In this document: one piece after another, positions 36,578 to 46,072 of the stretch | Position numbering within the stretch: position 1 is the stretch's first letter | Layout: each line of letters starts with the position of its first letter | Source: Anaerolineales bacterium | Lineage (GTDB): Bacteria > Chloroflexota > Anaerolineae > Anaerolineales > UBA11858 | Direction of reading: 5' to 3' | Assembly (NCBI GenBank): GCA_034520505.1 | Contig: JAXHNK010000002.1 | Span: forward strand, 425,269 to 489,268 | Length of the DNA: 64,000 nt | The notes under the pieces: generated by a model | Told to the model about the DNA's origin: nothing | Database searches by the model: none | What the model saw: the letters and a program-made list of their open reading frames with translations, nothing else | Translations under genes and position numbers: made by a program

Positions 36578-38086
36578 CTATAACTCGTAAATGCCCCCGA
36601 ATTTCCCGGTCAAATACTCGATGTAAGGTTCGGGCGTGATCCGGGAACCGGTCACCCGCTCCACCAGCTCCTGCGGTTTGAATTTGGAGCCGTGCTGGTG
36701 CACATTTTCCCGCAGCCAGGACAGCAGCTCCCCGAACTCACCGGAACGAATCTGATCGGATACCTGAGGGATGTCCTGCTGGATAACCTCCCAGAGCTGG
36801 GCAGATACCAGATTGCCCAGAGAATAGGTTGGGAAGTAGCCCAGAATTCCGGCTGACCAATGAACATCCTGCAGCACCCCATCGGCATCGTTGGGTGGTG
36901 TAATCCCCAGATAATCCTCCATGCGCTGGTCCCAGGCTTCAGGGAGATCAGAAACTTCCAGCTGTTTTTCCATCAGGGCGATTTCCAGTTCCATGCGCAG
37001 CATAATATGCAGGTTATACGTGGCTTCATCCGCTTCTACCCGGATCAGAGAGGGTTCAACTTTATTGATCCCCTGATAAAAGTCATCCAGGCTGACGTTG
37101 CCCAGCTGAGAAGGAAAAAATTCCTGAAGGCGCGGGTAAAAATGTTCCCAGAATGGATAGGAACGACCGACAAGGTTTTCATACATCCGGGATTGGGATT
37201 CATGCACGGCGAGCGAGGTCCCCCCCGCTAACGGGGTGCGCTCCAGATCCAGGGAAATTCCCTGCTCATAAAGGGCATGACCTCCTTCATGCAGGGTGCC
37301 AAATAACGCTGTATTCAAAAAATGAGGATCCACCCGGGTGGTGATCCGGACATCGTTGATGCTGAAGTTAGTGGTGAAGGGGTGAGCCGCTTTATCCTGC
37401 CGTCCCCGATCCCAATCATAACCGTAGCTGGTGATCACTTCCTCCCCGAAATCCCATTGCTTGTCTCCGGGGAACTCTTGATGGAGGAAACTGTCATCAA
37501 CCTGTTCTTGCTCATTGATCTGCTGGATCAACTCCACCTGGACAGGACGCAGTTGATCAAAAATTTTCTGCACGGAAGCGGTTTTCATCCCCGGTTCAAA
37601 ATCATCCAGCAGAGGATCATAGACATGATCGTAGGGAGCAAAAAAGTCGGCATACTCCCGGCGCATTTCTACAATTTTCTGAAGATGAGGTTCAAAGTGG
37701 GAAAAATCATCGTTCTTACGGGCCTCTTCCCAGGCGCCGTGGGCATTGGAGGTCACCCGGGAAAATTCTTCCACAAAAGAAGCGGGCACCCGGGTGCTTT
37801 TCTTGTATTCCCGCTCGGTTACCTGGAGTAATCGGGCGGTGTTTGAATCGGGATCCAGTTCCTCACCGTAAGATTCTAATTCTTCCAGCAGTTCACCCAC
37901 TTCCGAGGAAGTGAACTGCTCATGAGCCAGACTGTTCAACGTACCCAGTTGAAAACCCCGGGCCTGGGCCCCGCCCCGCGGCATATAGGTTTGTTGATCC
38001 CAGCCCAGCAAAGCCGAAGCGTGATGAAGGTCAGCCACCCGTCCTAAAAGTTGTTTCAATCGGTTAAGTTTCTTTTCTATGTTCAT
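36578..38086 (-). CDS. M32-family carboxypeptidase (Taq-type thermostable carboxypeptidase 1 family)
   Basis: 502 aa. HEGGHALYEQG zinc motif and family blocks HESQSR and IRVEADE. Confidence 0.9.
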   Translation of the reverse strand: MNIEKKLNRLKQLLGRVADLHHASALLGWDQQTYMPRGGAQARGFQLGTLNSLAHEQFTSSEVGELLEELESYGEELDPDSNTARLLQVTEREYKKSTRVPASFVEEFSRVTSNAHGAWEEARKNDDFSHFEPHLQKIVEMRREYADFFAPYDHVYDPLLDDFEPGMKTASVQKIFDQLRPVQVELIQQINEQEQVDDSFLHQEFPGDKQWDFGEEVITSYGYDWDRGRQDKAAHPFTTNFSINDVRITTRVDPHFLNTALFGTLHEGGHALYEQGISLDLERTPLAGGTSLAVHESQSRMYENLVGRSYPFWEHFYPRLQEFFPSQLGNVSLDDFYQGINKVEPSLIRVEADEATYNLHIMLRMELEIALMEKQLEVSDLPEAWDQRMEDYLGITPPNDADGVLQDVHWSAGILGYFPTYSLGNLVSAQLWEVIQQDIPQVSDQIRSGEFGELLSWLRENVHQHGSKFKPQELVERVTGSRITPEPYIEYLTGKFGGIYEL

Positions 38087-38294
38087 TCCTGTTTGGTATC
38101 CTTTCGACAGCTAAAAATTCCCTCAGCAGTTAATAAATCCCGGGGGCTTGAGCAGACTTTCCCGGCTCCTGAATCTAGCGGAATTTACCTTTATCTAACC
38201 TCTAATCTTACCATGACTTATAACCTTCCCACTGATTAAATGAAAAGGAAGACAAGCTGGCTAAAAATCACCGGGGTTGAACACCGGGAAGAGT

Positions 38295-38633
38295 TTACCC
38301 GCCAAGGGTGGATTGGTTAATCCAATCCAGGTACTCCTCGGTACCCTGGAGCACGGGCAGGGCCAAGATTTCAGGCACATCATAGGGGTGCTGATCTTTT
38401 ACCAACGGGATCAGTTTCTCCTCCACCAGGTCCAGGCGGGTTTTAACCATCAACATCACTTCTTCTTCCCGTTCAATCTCCCCCTGCCAACGGTAAACCG
38501 ACCTGACCCCGGGAAGCAGGTTGACACAGGCGGCTATTTTGTTCTCCACCAATCCCTCGGCAATACCTTCTGCGGTTTGCTGATTGGGGGCTGTGATCAA
38601 CACCACGGTGTAAAGTTGATCCGGGTTGTTCAT
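38295..38633 (-). CDS. cutA: Divalent-cation tolerance protein CutA
   Basis: The start is placed at ATG 38633, preceded by AAGGAGG. CutA core: IAACVNLLPGVRSVYRWQGEIE...HPYDVPEILALP. Confidence 0.85.
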   Translation of the reverse strand: MNNPDQLYTVVLITAPNQQTAEGIAEGLVENKIAACVNLLPGVRSVYRWQGEIEREEEVMLMVKTRLDLVEEKLIPLVKDQHPYDVPEILALPVLQGTEEYLDWINQSTLGG

Positions 38634-38643
38634 TGATTCCTCC

Positions 38644-39171
38644 TTAAACATCCTCTGCTGCGCCAGTTTTGGCCGTCCCTCCTTCCCCTCCCCCCAACAG
38701 ACCAAAGGAAATCCTGTATAGCAAATAATCAGCGGTATTTCCTGTTAAATTCCCCATCCTGATCATGCGTAAGATGATTTCTATCATCGAAAAAGTTTCT
38801 TCCCCATAACAGGTCTTGATCTCCTCCCGATATTCAGGATTTGATTGGGCGTTTTCTTCTGCCCAGTGCTGGGCATAAGCCAATCCTGGAATTTCTTCTT
38901 GAGGGGCATCCACCGGAAGCTGTCCGGTTAAGATCTGCTGGATCTCCTCCTCGCTTACCCCGCAGTTTGCCGCCTGGGGCACGTGAAAAGACCGGCAGTA
39001 ACGACAGGCGTTCACTTCTGTGACCACCATCATCAACCGTTCCCGGAAGGCGGGGGAAACAAATTCACCGGACATAGCCTGTTTGATTTGCTTTCTGCGC
39101 TGAAGGAGGAATTTCAAATCAGCAAAAAACTCGCTGCTATGCTTATAAAACCTGCGCTGAAATGGTTTCAT
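38644..39171 (-). CDS. AhpD-like / carboxymuconolactone decarboxylase family protein (CxxC)
   Basis: VTEVNACRYCRSFH motif. The start at ATG 39171 (GGAGA upstream) is tentative; the track start is 39198. Confidence 0.7.
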   Translation of the reverse strand: MKPFQRRFYKHSSEFFADLKFLLQRRKQIKQAMSGEFVSPAFRERLMMVVTEVNACRYCRSFHVPQAANCGVSEEEIQQILTGQLPVDAPQEEIPGLAYAQHWAEENAQSNPEYREEIKTCYGEETFSMIEIILRMIRMGNLTGNTADYLLYRISFGLLGGGEGGTAKTGAAEDV

Positions 39172-39194
39172 CTGGGTGTCTCCGGATAAGTACA

Positions 39195-40421
39195 TCATTC
39201 ATAACGAAGGGCTTCCACCGGCTGCAGGTTGGCTGCCCGGTTGGCAGGATAAATGCCAAAAAACAAGCCCACAGCGATGGAAAAAAGGGTCGCCAGCAGG
39301 ATCGAATCTAAACTGATCACCGGGTTGATGCTGACATCATTGGCCCCGGCTATGATGCCGACTACGTAGGAAATCAACCACCCGAATCCTACGCCGAGCA
39401 GACCTCCCACCAGACTCAACAACAGCGACTCTGCTAAAAACTGGATCAGGATATCGTTCTTACGGGCACCCAGGGCCTTGCGCAGCCCGATCTCCCGGGT
39501 TCGCTCCACCACCGACACCAGCATGATGTTCATAATTCCTATGCCCCCGACCAACAAAGAAATCGCAGCGATGCCGCCTAAAAAGATGGTCAAAATACCC
39601 GTGATCGACGAGGCTACTCCGATCATATCCTGCTGGCTGATAATGGTGAAATCATCTTCTCCCAGATCTGTTTGATGTCGTTTGCGTAAAACCTGAGAAA
39701 TTTCCTGTTTCGCCTGGGATACAGCTTCAGCATCAACAGCTTCCACATAAATGACATCAACCTGATCTCGAGTTGACCGTCGGATTAACCGGGCCTGAGC
39801 TGTAGACAAGGGGATCAATACCTGATCATCCTCACTCTGGAAGGGAGATCCGCCCTTTTCTTCCAGGACCCCGATCACCCGGAAATTTTGTCCTTCAATC
39901 CGCACCCGTTCTCCAACCAATCCGCCTTTCCGGCCGAACAGTTTATCAGCAACCTCAGATCCCAGGAGAGCAACCGATGAGCGGCTGAGCAGGTGGTTTT
40001 CGGTGATAAATTGACCTTCCTCAACTTTGCTGTTGCGGACTCTGCCGTAGGTTTCAGAAACGCCTATCACCGTGGTCACAGTGCTTTCTCCGGAGTAGGA
40101 TACCTCCAATTTGCCCTGCAGGGTGGAAGCCACACCGGTGACCGACGGAGCCGAGAGAGGATCATTTATCGCGTTGGCATCCCCCAGGGTAAGCGGTTTC
40201 GGATTGCGCACATCATCCGATCCACCCTGAACGACAAATAACAGGTTGGTACCTACCCCTTGAATCTGGCCGGTTATTGAATTTTCAGCTCCTGCCCCGA
40301 TGGCCAGCATGGCAATGACCGCTGCCACCCCGATCACAATGCCCAGAATGGTCAAACCCGAGCGTAATTTATTAGCATTCAAGCTTTCCAGGGCCTCTAG
40401 CAAGGCCTGCCAGAGGTTCAT
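39195..40421 (-). CDS. MacB-type ABC transporter permease (MacB periplasmic domain plus FtsX 4-TM domain)
   Basis: 408 aa. N-terminal [20 protein letters not shown], and a C-terminal FtsX block [16 protein letters not shown]. Confidence 0.9.
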   Translation of the reverse strand: MNLWQALLEALESLNANKLRSGLTILGIVIGVAAVIAMLAIGAGAENSITGQIQGVGTNLLFVVQGGSDDVRNPKPLTLGDANAINDPLSAPSVTGVASTLQGKLEVSYSGESTVTTVIGVSETYGRVRNSKVEEGQFITENHLLSRSSVALLGSEVADKLFGRKGGLVGERVRIEGQNFRVIGVLEEKGGSPFQSEDDQVLIPLSTAQARLIRRSTRDQVDVIYVEAVDAEAVSQAKQEISQVLRKRHQTDLGEDDFTIISQQDMIGVASSITGILTIFLGGIAAISLLVGGIGIMNIMLVSVVERTREIGLRKALGARKNDILIQFLAESLLLSLVGGLLGVGFGWLISYVVGIIAGANDVSINPVISLDSILLATLFSIAVGLFFGIYPANRAANLQPVEALRYE

Positions 40422-41107
40422 AATTCCTCCCGATCTTCAACTTGACCATCACGGATATATACAATCCGTTCGGCATGATGAGCAATCTCGGGATCATGGG
40501 AAACAATAATTAATGTGGTGTTGGTTTCCCGGTTGAGTTTAAGCAGCAACTGCATGACTTCTTCTCCGGTTTTGGTATCCAGATTACCGGTGGGTTCATC
40601 CGCCATGATAATCGCCGGATTATTGACCAGCGCCCGGGCCACCGCCACCCGCTGCTGCTGGCCGCCGGAGAGTTCGTTCGGCTGGTGATCCATCCGGTCT
40701 CCCAGGCCCACCGCGACCAGAGCTTCTTCTGCCCGCTCGCGCGGGCGATCACGCTGTTCAGAATACCTGATCGGCAGCATCACGTTCGACAAAGCTGAGG
40801 CCCGGGGCAGCAGATTAAAAGTCTGAAAAATAAAACCCACCTTCCGGTTCCTGATATCCGCCAGCTGATCATCGTCAAGTTCCGCTACGCTTTCCCCATC
40901 CAGATAATACTCTCCGCTGGTGGGACGGTCCAGACATCCCATAATATTCATCAGGGTCGACTTTCCTGAACCTGAAGGCCCCATTATGCCTACAATTTCC
41001 CCCCGCTGGATGCTCAAACTTAATCCGCGCAGAGCATGGACTTCGACTTCCCCCATCGTATAAACTTTGGTGATGTCCCGGGCATCTACTACCGCTTGAT
41101 TTTTCAT
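40418..41107 (-). CDS. MacB/LolD-type ABC transporter ATP-binding protein
   Basis: 229 aa. [36 protein letters not shown]. Confidence 0.9.
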   Translation of the reverse strand: MKNQAVVDARDITKVYTMGEVEVHALRGLSLSIQRGEIVGIMGPSGSGKSTLMNIMGCLDRPTSGEYYLDGESVAELDDDQLADIRNRKVGFIFQTFNLLPRASALSNVMLPIRYSEQRDRPRERAEEALVAVGLGDRMDHQPNELSGGQQQRVAVARALVNNPAIIMADEPTGNLDTKTGEEVMQLLLKLNRETNTTLIIVSHDPEIAHHAERIVYIRDGQVEDREEL

Positions 41108-41108
41108 A

Positions 41109-42716
41109 TTAATCTTCTACAAAGGCGGGAGGTCCGCTCTGGGATTGGAAATCTAAAGGTGGATTGAGGATAATCTCATCTCCCTTTTTCAATCCCCCTC
41201 CGATCACCTCGCTTTCAATTTCCGAGGAAGCACCCAGGCTGACTTCGACGGTTTCAATCTCTCCCGCGCGGATGACATAAACCACCCGTTTGCCTTCTTT
41301 GAGCCGGACCGCCCGGTTGGGAACGAGCAGCACATCTTCCAACTCACTGACCACAATATTGGCTGCCGCGGTCATCCCCGGCTTGATGCTTTCGTCGGGA
41401 TCCGTGATGGTGACAGTAACCTTGTAATTGACCACCCCTTGACTGACATTTCCTGCCAGGGCGACATCCACCACCTGACCATGATATTCCTTAGCCAGGA
41501 TGGCATCCAAATTCAGGGTGACATTTTGACCTGGTTTTATGGTGTTGATATCAATCTCTGAAACCTGGATATCCGCAAACATCCGGGAGAGATCATCCAT
41601 CCGAAAAGCAACCGTTCCCTGATTAACCTGATCCCCAATCAAAACCTCAGTCTGGGTGATTGTCCCGGAAAAAGGCGCCCGGACGAAAGCCAATTCCAGG
41701 GCCGCTTGAGCAGCGGCCACCCTGGCTTCTGCCGCGGCGATGCTGTCGGGGTCCGTTCCCCCTCCCTGTTGCAGCTTCTGTAATTCCCGGCGGGCGTCAG
41801 CCAGCTGGGCTTCCCGGATGGCCAGCGTGGCCGGGCTTAACCCATCCCGGACCCTGTCCCATTCCGCCAGAGCTTCCGCCAGTTGGGCTTCTGCCAGGCC
41901 AACATTTCCCTGGGCTACTGCCTGATCAATGTCATTGCTGGCGGATTTGAGGGCGTTCAAATTCCACTGGGCGAGATAATACGCGGTCTGAGCTTCTGAA
42001 AGCGCTTTTTTTGCGGCCGCGTGGTCAGGATCATCTTCGGGTTTATGTTTAACCGCATCAAACGCATCTTGAGCTTGTTCCAGGGCGTTCTCCGCCAGCA
42101 CCAGCTCCGCTTCTCCCTTATTAATTGAATTTTCATCCGCGGGATTTTCCTGATAATAAAGCTGTCGTTCGGCGTCATCCAGCGCTTTCCGGGCATCGGC
42201 AACCGCCTTCTGGGCCTGGGCTTTGATCACCAGCGGATCCCGGGCTTCTTCCAGGGCCCGTTCCGCCTCTTCTACCGCCTGCAGCGCCCGCGCATACTGA
42301 AGATCTGAATTGCGCACATTCTCCAGGGCCTGCTTGGCGTTGACCAGTTCTGCCTGAGCCGAAATAATATTCTGGGGGAGAGAAGTTTGCTCCAGGACGG
42401 CCAGGGTCTCTCCCTCCTCTACTTGATCGCCCAGAGAAACGTAAACGTTTTCCACCGTTCCCGATGTCCTCCAGGTCAACACTGCGCTCTGCCGGGCCCG
42501 GATGTTGCCCGTAGCACCGATAACCGAGATCAAATCCCCCCGCTCCAACCGGCGGGTATCATAATCCGTCCGGAGCTGTTCGCTCCGGTTCCTGTTTCTG
42601 ACCAGGAAAAATCCTCCGATCAGAACGAGCGTCAGCAGTACTCCACCTACGATCCAGCGGGTCGAACGCTTCATGCCCCAGATTTTTTTCCCTGCCTTAT
42701 CGCCCATGTCCACCAC
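41109..42716 (-). CDS. HlyD-family periplasmic adaptor (membrane fusion protein) with a long coiled-coil hairpin
   Basis: 535 aa. N-terminal TM, lipoyl-like halves, about 250 aa of Ala/Glu/Gln-rich coiled coil, and a beta-barrel. AGGAG lies 6 nt before GTG 42716; an alternative start is ATG 42674. Confidence 0.85.
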   Translation of the reverse strand: MVDMGDKAGKKIWGMKRSTRWIVGGVLLTLVLIGGFFLVRNRNRSEQLRTDYDTRRLERGDLISVIGATGNIRARQSAVLTWRTSGTVENVYVSLGDQVEEGETLAVLEQTSLPQNIISAQAELVNAKQALENVRNSDLQYARALQAVEEAERALEEARDPLVIKAQAQKAVADARKALDDAERQLYYQENPADENSINKGEAELVLAENALEQAQDAFDAVKHKPEDDPDHAAAKKALSEAQTAYYLAQWNLNALKSASNDIDQAVAQGNVGLAEAQLAEALAEWDRVRDGLSPATLAIREAQLADARRELQKLQQGGGTDPDSIAAAEARVAAAQAALELAFVRAPFSGTITQTEVLIGDQVNQGTVAFRMDDLSRMFADIQVSEIDINTIKPGQNVTLNLDAILAKEYHGQVVDVALAGNVSQGVVNYKVTVTITDPDESIKPGMTAAANIVVSELEDVLLVPNRAVRLKEGKRVVYVIRAGEIETVEVSLGASSEIESEVIGGGLKKGDEIILNPPLDFQSQSGPPAFVED

Positions 42717-42783
42717 TCACTCCTGTGCTAATAGTATCCGCTTGCTCTTCAACAACCTTTTCTTACTGAACGATCGGTAAGTT

Positions 42784-42812
42784 AGTATAAAACCCCCCCG
42801 GTTTTCAGTCAA
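42784..42812 (-). promoter_or_regulatory. Candidate sigma70-type promoter of the HlyD-ABC-permease-AhpD-CutA operon
   Basis: The minus strand reads TTGACT (42807-42812), a 17-nt spacer, then TATACT (42784-42789), about 65 nt upstream of GTG 42716. Confidence 0.5.
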
Positions 42813-42907
42813 GGGATAAGGACAGGGAGAAGGACCGCAGCTGCTCGTAACTAAAAGGGCTGCAAGAAGAATAAACCGCCGGGAAATCGCCCCCATCTGC
42901 ATCCTGT

Positions 42908-43267
42908 TCAGATCGTGATGACTTTATCTGCCCTGAGCTGTGCCTCGAGAATATCGGTCATCCCTCCCACGATTCCCACCTCCACTTGATCCGCCAACCC
43001 ATAATGCTCGATACAGGTACCGCACACCAGGAGATACACCCCCTGCTCTTCCAGCGCCGTTAACTGGGGAATGACACCTGATCCTTTCACAACCAGATTG
43101 ACCCCATCACCATAAAAGCAAAGGGCTGCCGGCAGAAGATTGGCATCTTCCACCAGGGTCAGATAAGATTTCAACAACCTCTCCTGTAAATCCAGATCAG
43201 CACTTCCCATCCCTTTCCTGGTGATCAGGATCACGGAATCTTTTAAGTTTGTCCTTTTTTCCGCCAT
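42908..43267 (-). CDS. DsrE/DsrF-like (sulfur-relay / YedF C-terminal-like) family protein
   Basis: 119 aa. Block ILITRKGMG...LCFYGDGV...LLVCGTCIEHYGL. Confidence 0.65.
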   Translation of the reverse strand: MAEKRTNLKDSVILITRKGMGSADLDLQERLLKSYLTLVEDANLLPAALCFYGDGVNLVVKGSGVIPQLTALEEQGVYLLVCGTCIEHYGLADQVEVGIVGGMTDILEAQLRADKVITI

Positions 43268-43346
43268 GCACCCTCCTGATAATATTATCTTTATCCTGAT
43301 ATCTAGGGTATTTTAATCAACTCGTCCCGGAAAGTAAACAGAGGCG

Positions 43347-43370
43347 TTGTGATATACTTGTGATATATCA
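43347..43370. repeat. Tandem direct repeat TTGTGATATA (11-bp register) ending in the perfect palindrome TGATATATCA; candidate operator
   Basis: 43347-43356 equals 43358-43367. The palindrome lies at 43361-43370, in the divergent dsrE-like / nfnA-like intergenic region. Confidence 0.6.
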
Positions 43371-43519
43371 AAGAGGAAGCACAGAAGATCATGACAAGCA
43401 GCATAGGAAGTTTATGACTTCTCAAACTGCCCAGTTCAACCCGCGAGAATTATGATTAAAGATAGATCAAGGTAAAACAAATCCGAACCAAAGAAAATTA
43501 AGCGTGAGGAGTTTTTGCC

Positions 43520-44365
43520 ATGTATAAAATCGTTTCCAGAGAACAGCTTGCCCCTCAGATAACGCGCCTGAGTGTGGAAGCTCCTGCAATAGCGAAATCC
43601 AGAAAACCCGGTCAATTTGTGATGGTCAGGGCTCGCGAGGAAAGCGAACGCATTCCCCTGACCATTGTCGACTCTGACCCGGAAAAAGGCACGATCGATT
43701 TAATCATCCAGGATGCGGGATACAGCACCCATGTCCTTTCCCACGCCGAAGTTGGAGATGCATTCCAAGACGTGCTGGGACCGCTCGGAGAGCCCACCGA
43801 AATCAAGGACTACGGAACCGTGGTCTGCGTCGGCGGCGGCGTCGGTACCGCCGTCCTCTATCCAATCGTCAAAGGTCTGAAGGAAGCGGGCAACACAGTG
43901 ATCAGCATTAATGGCGCCCGGACCAAAGAACTTATCATCCTTGAGGATGAATTGAGAGCAATCAGCGACGAACTGATCGTGACCACCGATGACGGCAGCT
44001 ACGGCGTGGAAGGCTTCGGATCCACGGTCCTCCAGGAAATGATTGAGGAAGGACGAACCATTGATTTCGCAGTAGCCATCGGCCCGATCTTGATGATGAA
44101 GGCTGTCGCCGAGGTCACACGACCCTACGATATTCCTACAATTGCCAGTCTGAACGCGATCATGATTGACGGCACCGGGATGTGCGGCGGCTGCCGGGTG
44201 TCCGTGGGAGACGAAGTCAAGTTTGCCTGTGTTGATGGTCCCGAATTTGACGCCCACCTGGTGGATTTCAGCGAGCAAATTGCCCGGCACCATTATTACG
44301 ATGAAGAGCAAGCCTGCCAGATGGAAAAAGCCATTAAACAGGCGGAACAGGAGAAAGACAAATGA
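43520..44365 (+). CDS. nfnA: NfnA/SudB-like FAD/NAD(P)-binding ferredoxin-NADP oxidoreductase small subunit with a 2Fe-2S motif
   Basis: 281 aa. GAGGAG lies upstream. Motifs RIPLTI, GGGVGTA, and the C-terminal MCGGCRV cluster motif. Confidence 0.8.
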   Translation: MYKIVSREQLAPQITRLSVEAPAIAKSRKPGQFVMVRAREESERIPLTIVDSDPEKGTIDLIIQDAGYSTHVLSHAEVGDAFQDVLGPLGEPTEIKDYGTVVCVGGGVGTAVLYPIVKGLKEAGNTVISINGARTKELIILEDELRAISDELIVTTDDGSYGVEGFGSTVLQEMIEEGRTIDFAVAIGPILMMKAVAEVTRPYDIPTIASLNAIMIDGTGMCGGCRVSVGDEVKFACVDGPEFDAHLVDFSEQIARHHYYDEEQACQMEKAIKQAEQEKDK

Positions 44366-45837
44366 CTGAAAAGACCCGCAAACGAAAAAGGCGCAAGAAA
44401 CCACAGCGGCCTCCCCGGCAGCCCATGCCGCTGCGCAGCCCGGAAGCCAGGGTGCAGGATTTTGGCGAAGTAGCCGTTGGCTATGATGCAGAAACCGCTG
44501 TCGTCGAAGCTTCCCGCTGTCTTCAATGCCCGACTCAACCCTGTGTGGCCGGATGCCCTGTTTCTGTGGATATCCCCGGATTTATCAACTTGATCAAAGA
44601 AAAGGATTTCATCGGCGCTGCTCAAAAGATCAAAGAGACCAACACTTTACCCGCAGTTTGTGGTCGGGTTTGCCCCCAGGAAGAACAATGTGAAGAAGTC
44701 TGCGTGGTGGGTAAAATTGATCAACCGGTAGCCATCGGCCGGCTGGAACGATTTGCCGCCGACTATGAACGGGAACATGGAGAGATCAATCTGCCCGAAA
44801 CGGCCCCGGCCACAGGGAAAGCAATTGCCGTGATTGGCTCCGGTCCCGCCGGGATCACCGTGGCATACGAACTGCTTCAAAAAGGCCACAAAGTGACCAT
44901 CTATGAAGCCCTGCACGAATTAGGCGGGGTGCTGGTTTACGGCATCCCTGAGTTCCGCCTGCCGAAAGCCATTGTCGCCGAGGAGATTGAAACCATCAAA
45001 AGATTAGGCGCAGAGATTAAACTCAATATGTTGATCGGCAAAACCCGGACCATCGATCAGCTGCTGAATGAGGACGAATTTGACGCAGTTTTCATCGGCA
45101 CCGGAGCGGGGCTGCCCATGTTCCTCAACATCCCCGGGGAAAACCTCAACGGTGTGCTCAGCGCCAACGAGTTCCTTACCCGCATTAACTTGATGAAAGC
45201 TTACAAAGAAGATTATGTCACCCCCATCAAGATCGGTAGGAAAGTGACCGTGATCGGCGCCGGCAATGTGGCCATGGACGCAGCCCGCGCGGCGCTCCGG
45301 GCCGGCGGTGAAGGAACAGAAGTGAACATCATCTACCGCCGCTCCCGGGAGGAAATGCCAGCCCGCGCAGAGGAACTGGATCATGCTGAGGAAGAAGGAG
45401 TGCAGTTCAACCTACTGACCAATCCGGTGCAGATCCTGGGGGATGAAACCAGAACCGTCACACAGATGGAATGTGTGAAGATGGAACTTGGCGAACCGGA
45501 TGCCTCCGGCCGCAGGCGCCCGATCCCTCTTGAGGGGTCTGAACACCTGATTGAAACCGATATGGTGATCGTGGCCCTGGGCACTCTGCCCCGGAAATTT
45601 ATCGCCTCCACCACCCCGGACCTGGAAACCAGCGATTGGGGGACCTTTATTGCCGATGAAGAGACCGGAGCGACCAGCAAACGAGGTGTTTTCGCCGGCG
45701 GAGATGTAGTCACCGGTTCCGCCACCGTGATTAAAGCGATGGGTGCAGGTCGGGAAGCAGCCAGCGCCATCCATCAGTACCTGACCTCCGACGGAACCTG
45801 GCCGCTGTCCTCCCCGGACGAAGAGTCCACAGATTAA
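44362..45837 (+). CDS. nfnB: NfnB / glutamate synthase small-subunit-like NADPH-dependent oxidoreductase (2x[4Fe-4S] plus FAD)
   Basis: 491 aa. CLQCPTQPCVAGCPV, CGRVCPQEEQCE, GSGPAG, GAGNVAMD. ATGA overlap with nfnA. Confidence 0.85.
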   Translation: MTEKTRKRKRRKKPQRPPRQPMPLRSPEARVQDFGEVAVGYDAETAVVEASRCLQCPTQPCVAGCPVSVDIPGFINLIKEKDFIGAAQKIKETNTLPAVCGRVCPQEEQCEEVCVVGKIDQPVAIGRLERFAADYEREHGEINLPETAPATGKAIAVIGSGPAGITVAYELLQKGHKVTIYEALHELGGVLVYGIPEFRLPKAIVAEEIETIKRLGAEIKLNMLIGKTRTIDQLLNEDEFDAVFIGTGAGLPMFLNIPGENLNGVLSANEFLTRINLMKAYKEDYVTPIKIGRKVTVIGAGNVAMDAARAALRAGGEGTEVNIIYRRSREEMPARAEELDHAEEEGVQFNLLTNPVQILGDETRTVTQMECVKMELGEPDASGRRRPIPLEGSEHLIETDMVIVALGTLPRKFIASTTPDLETSDWGTFIADEETGATSKRGVFAGGDVVTGSATVIKAMGAGREAASAIHQYLTSDGTWPLSSPDEESTD

Positions 45838-45874
45838 CCTCTAACCTTACAGAATATCAGCCCGATCGGCTGCC

Positions 45875-45900
45875 AAAACCCCCGGATTCCGGGGGTTTTT
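45875..45900 (+). terminator. Rho-independent terminator after nfnB
   Basis: AAAACCCCCGG-att-CCGGGGGTTTTT. Confidence 0.75.
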
Positions 45901-45938
45901 CCCTTAATTCAACCCCGGGGTGACCATCTGCTGCCCCA

Positions 45939-45973
45939 CCCCTCAGGGCGGCCCGGAGGGCGGCCCTGAGGGG
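45939..45973 (+). terminator. Second GC-rich hairpin (11-bp perfect stem) followed by TTATTT
   Basis: CCCCTCAGGGC (45939-45949) pairs with GCCCTGAGGGG (45963-45973). Confidence 0.4.
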
Positions 45974-45991
45974 TTATTTCCCGCCCGGAAG

Positions 45992-46000
45992 TGGTATAAT
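45992..46000 (+). promoter_or_regulatory. Extended -10 promoter element (TGgTATAAT) for gyrA
   Basis: TGGTATAAT lies 72 nt upstream of ATG 46073. Confidence 0.4.
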
Positions 46001-46072
46001 AAGATCTGGATGAAAAGCTAGATTTGCCTTATTTTTCACTTATCCAACCCTGCTTTGAAGGACAATTTTTTT

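Noticed and set aside
42717-42902. A 61-aa ORF with a lipoprotein-like N-terminus (FILLAALLVTSSCG) abutting the HlyD start.
   Set aside because: A near-consensus promoter for the downstream operon (TTGACT-17-TATACT) lies inside it. It has no usable SD. The C-terminal half is encoded by AT-rich promoter/leader sequence, and the lipobox is non-canonical.
43347-43372. Interpreting the TTGTGATATA repeats as a canonical Rex (TTGTGA-n6-TCACAA) or CRP/FNR (TGTGA-n6-TCACA) site.
   Set aside because: The required inverted right half-site is absent in both registers. Only a direct repeat and the inner palindrome TGATATATCA are present, so it is kept only as an unassigned candidate operator.
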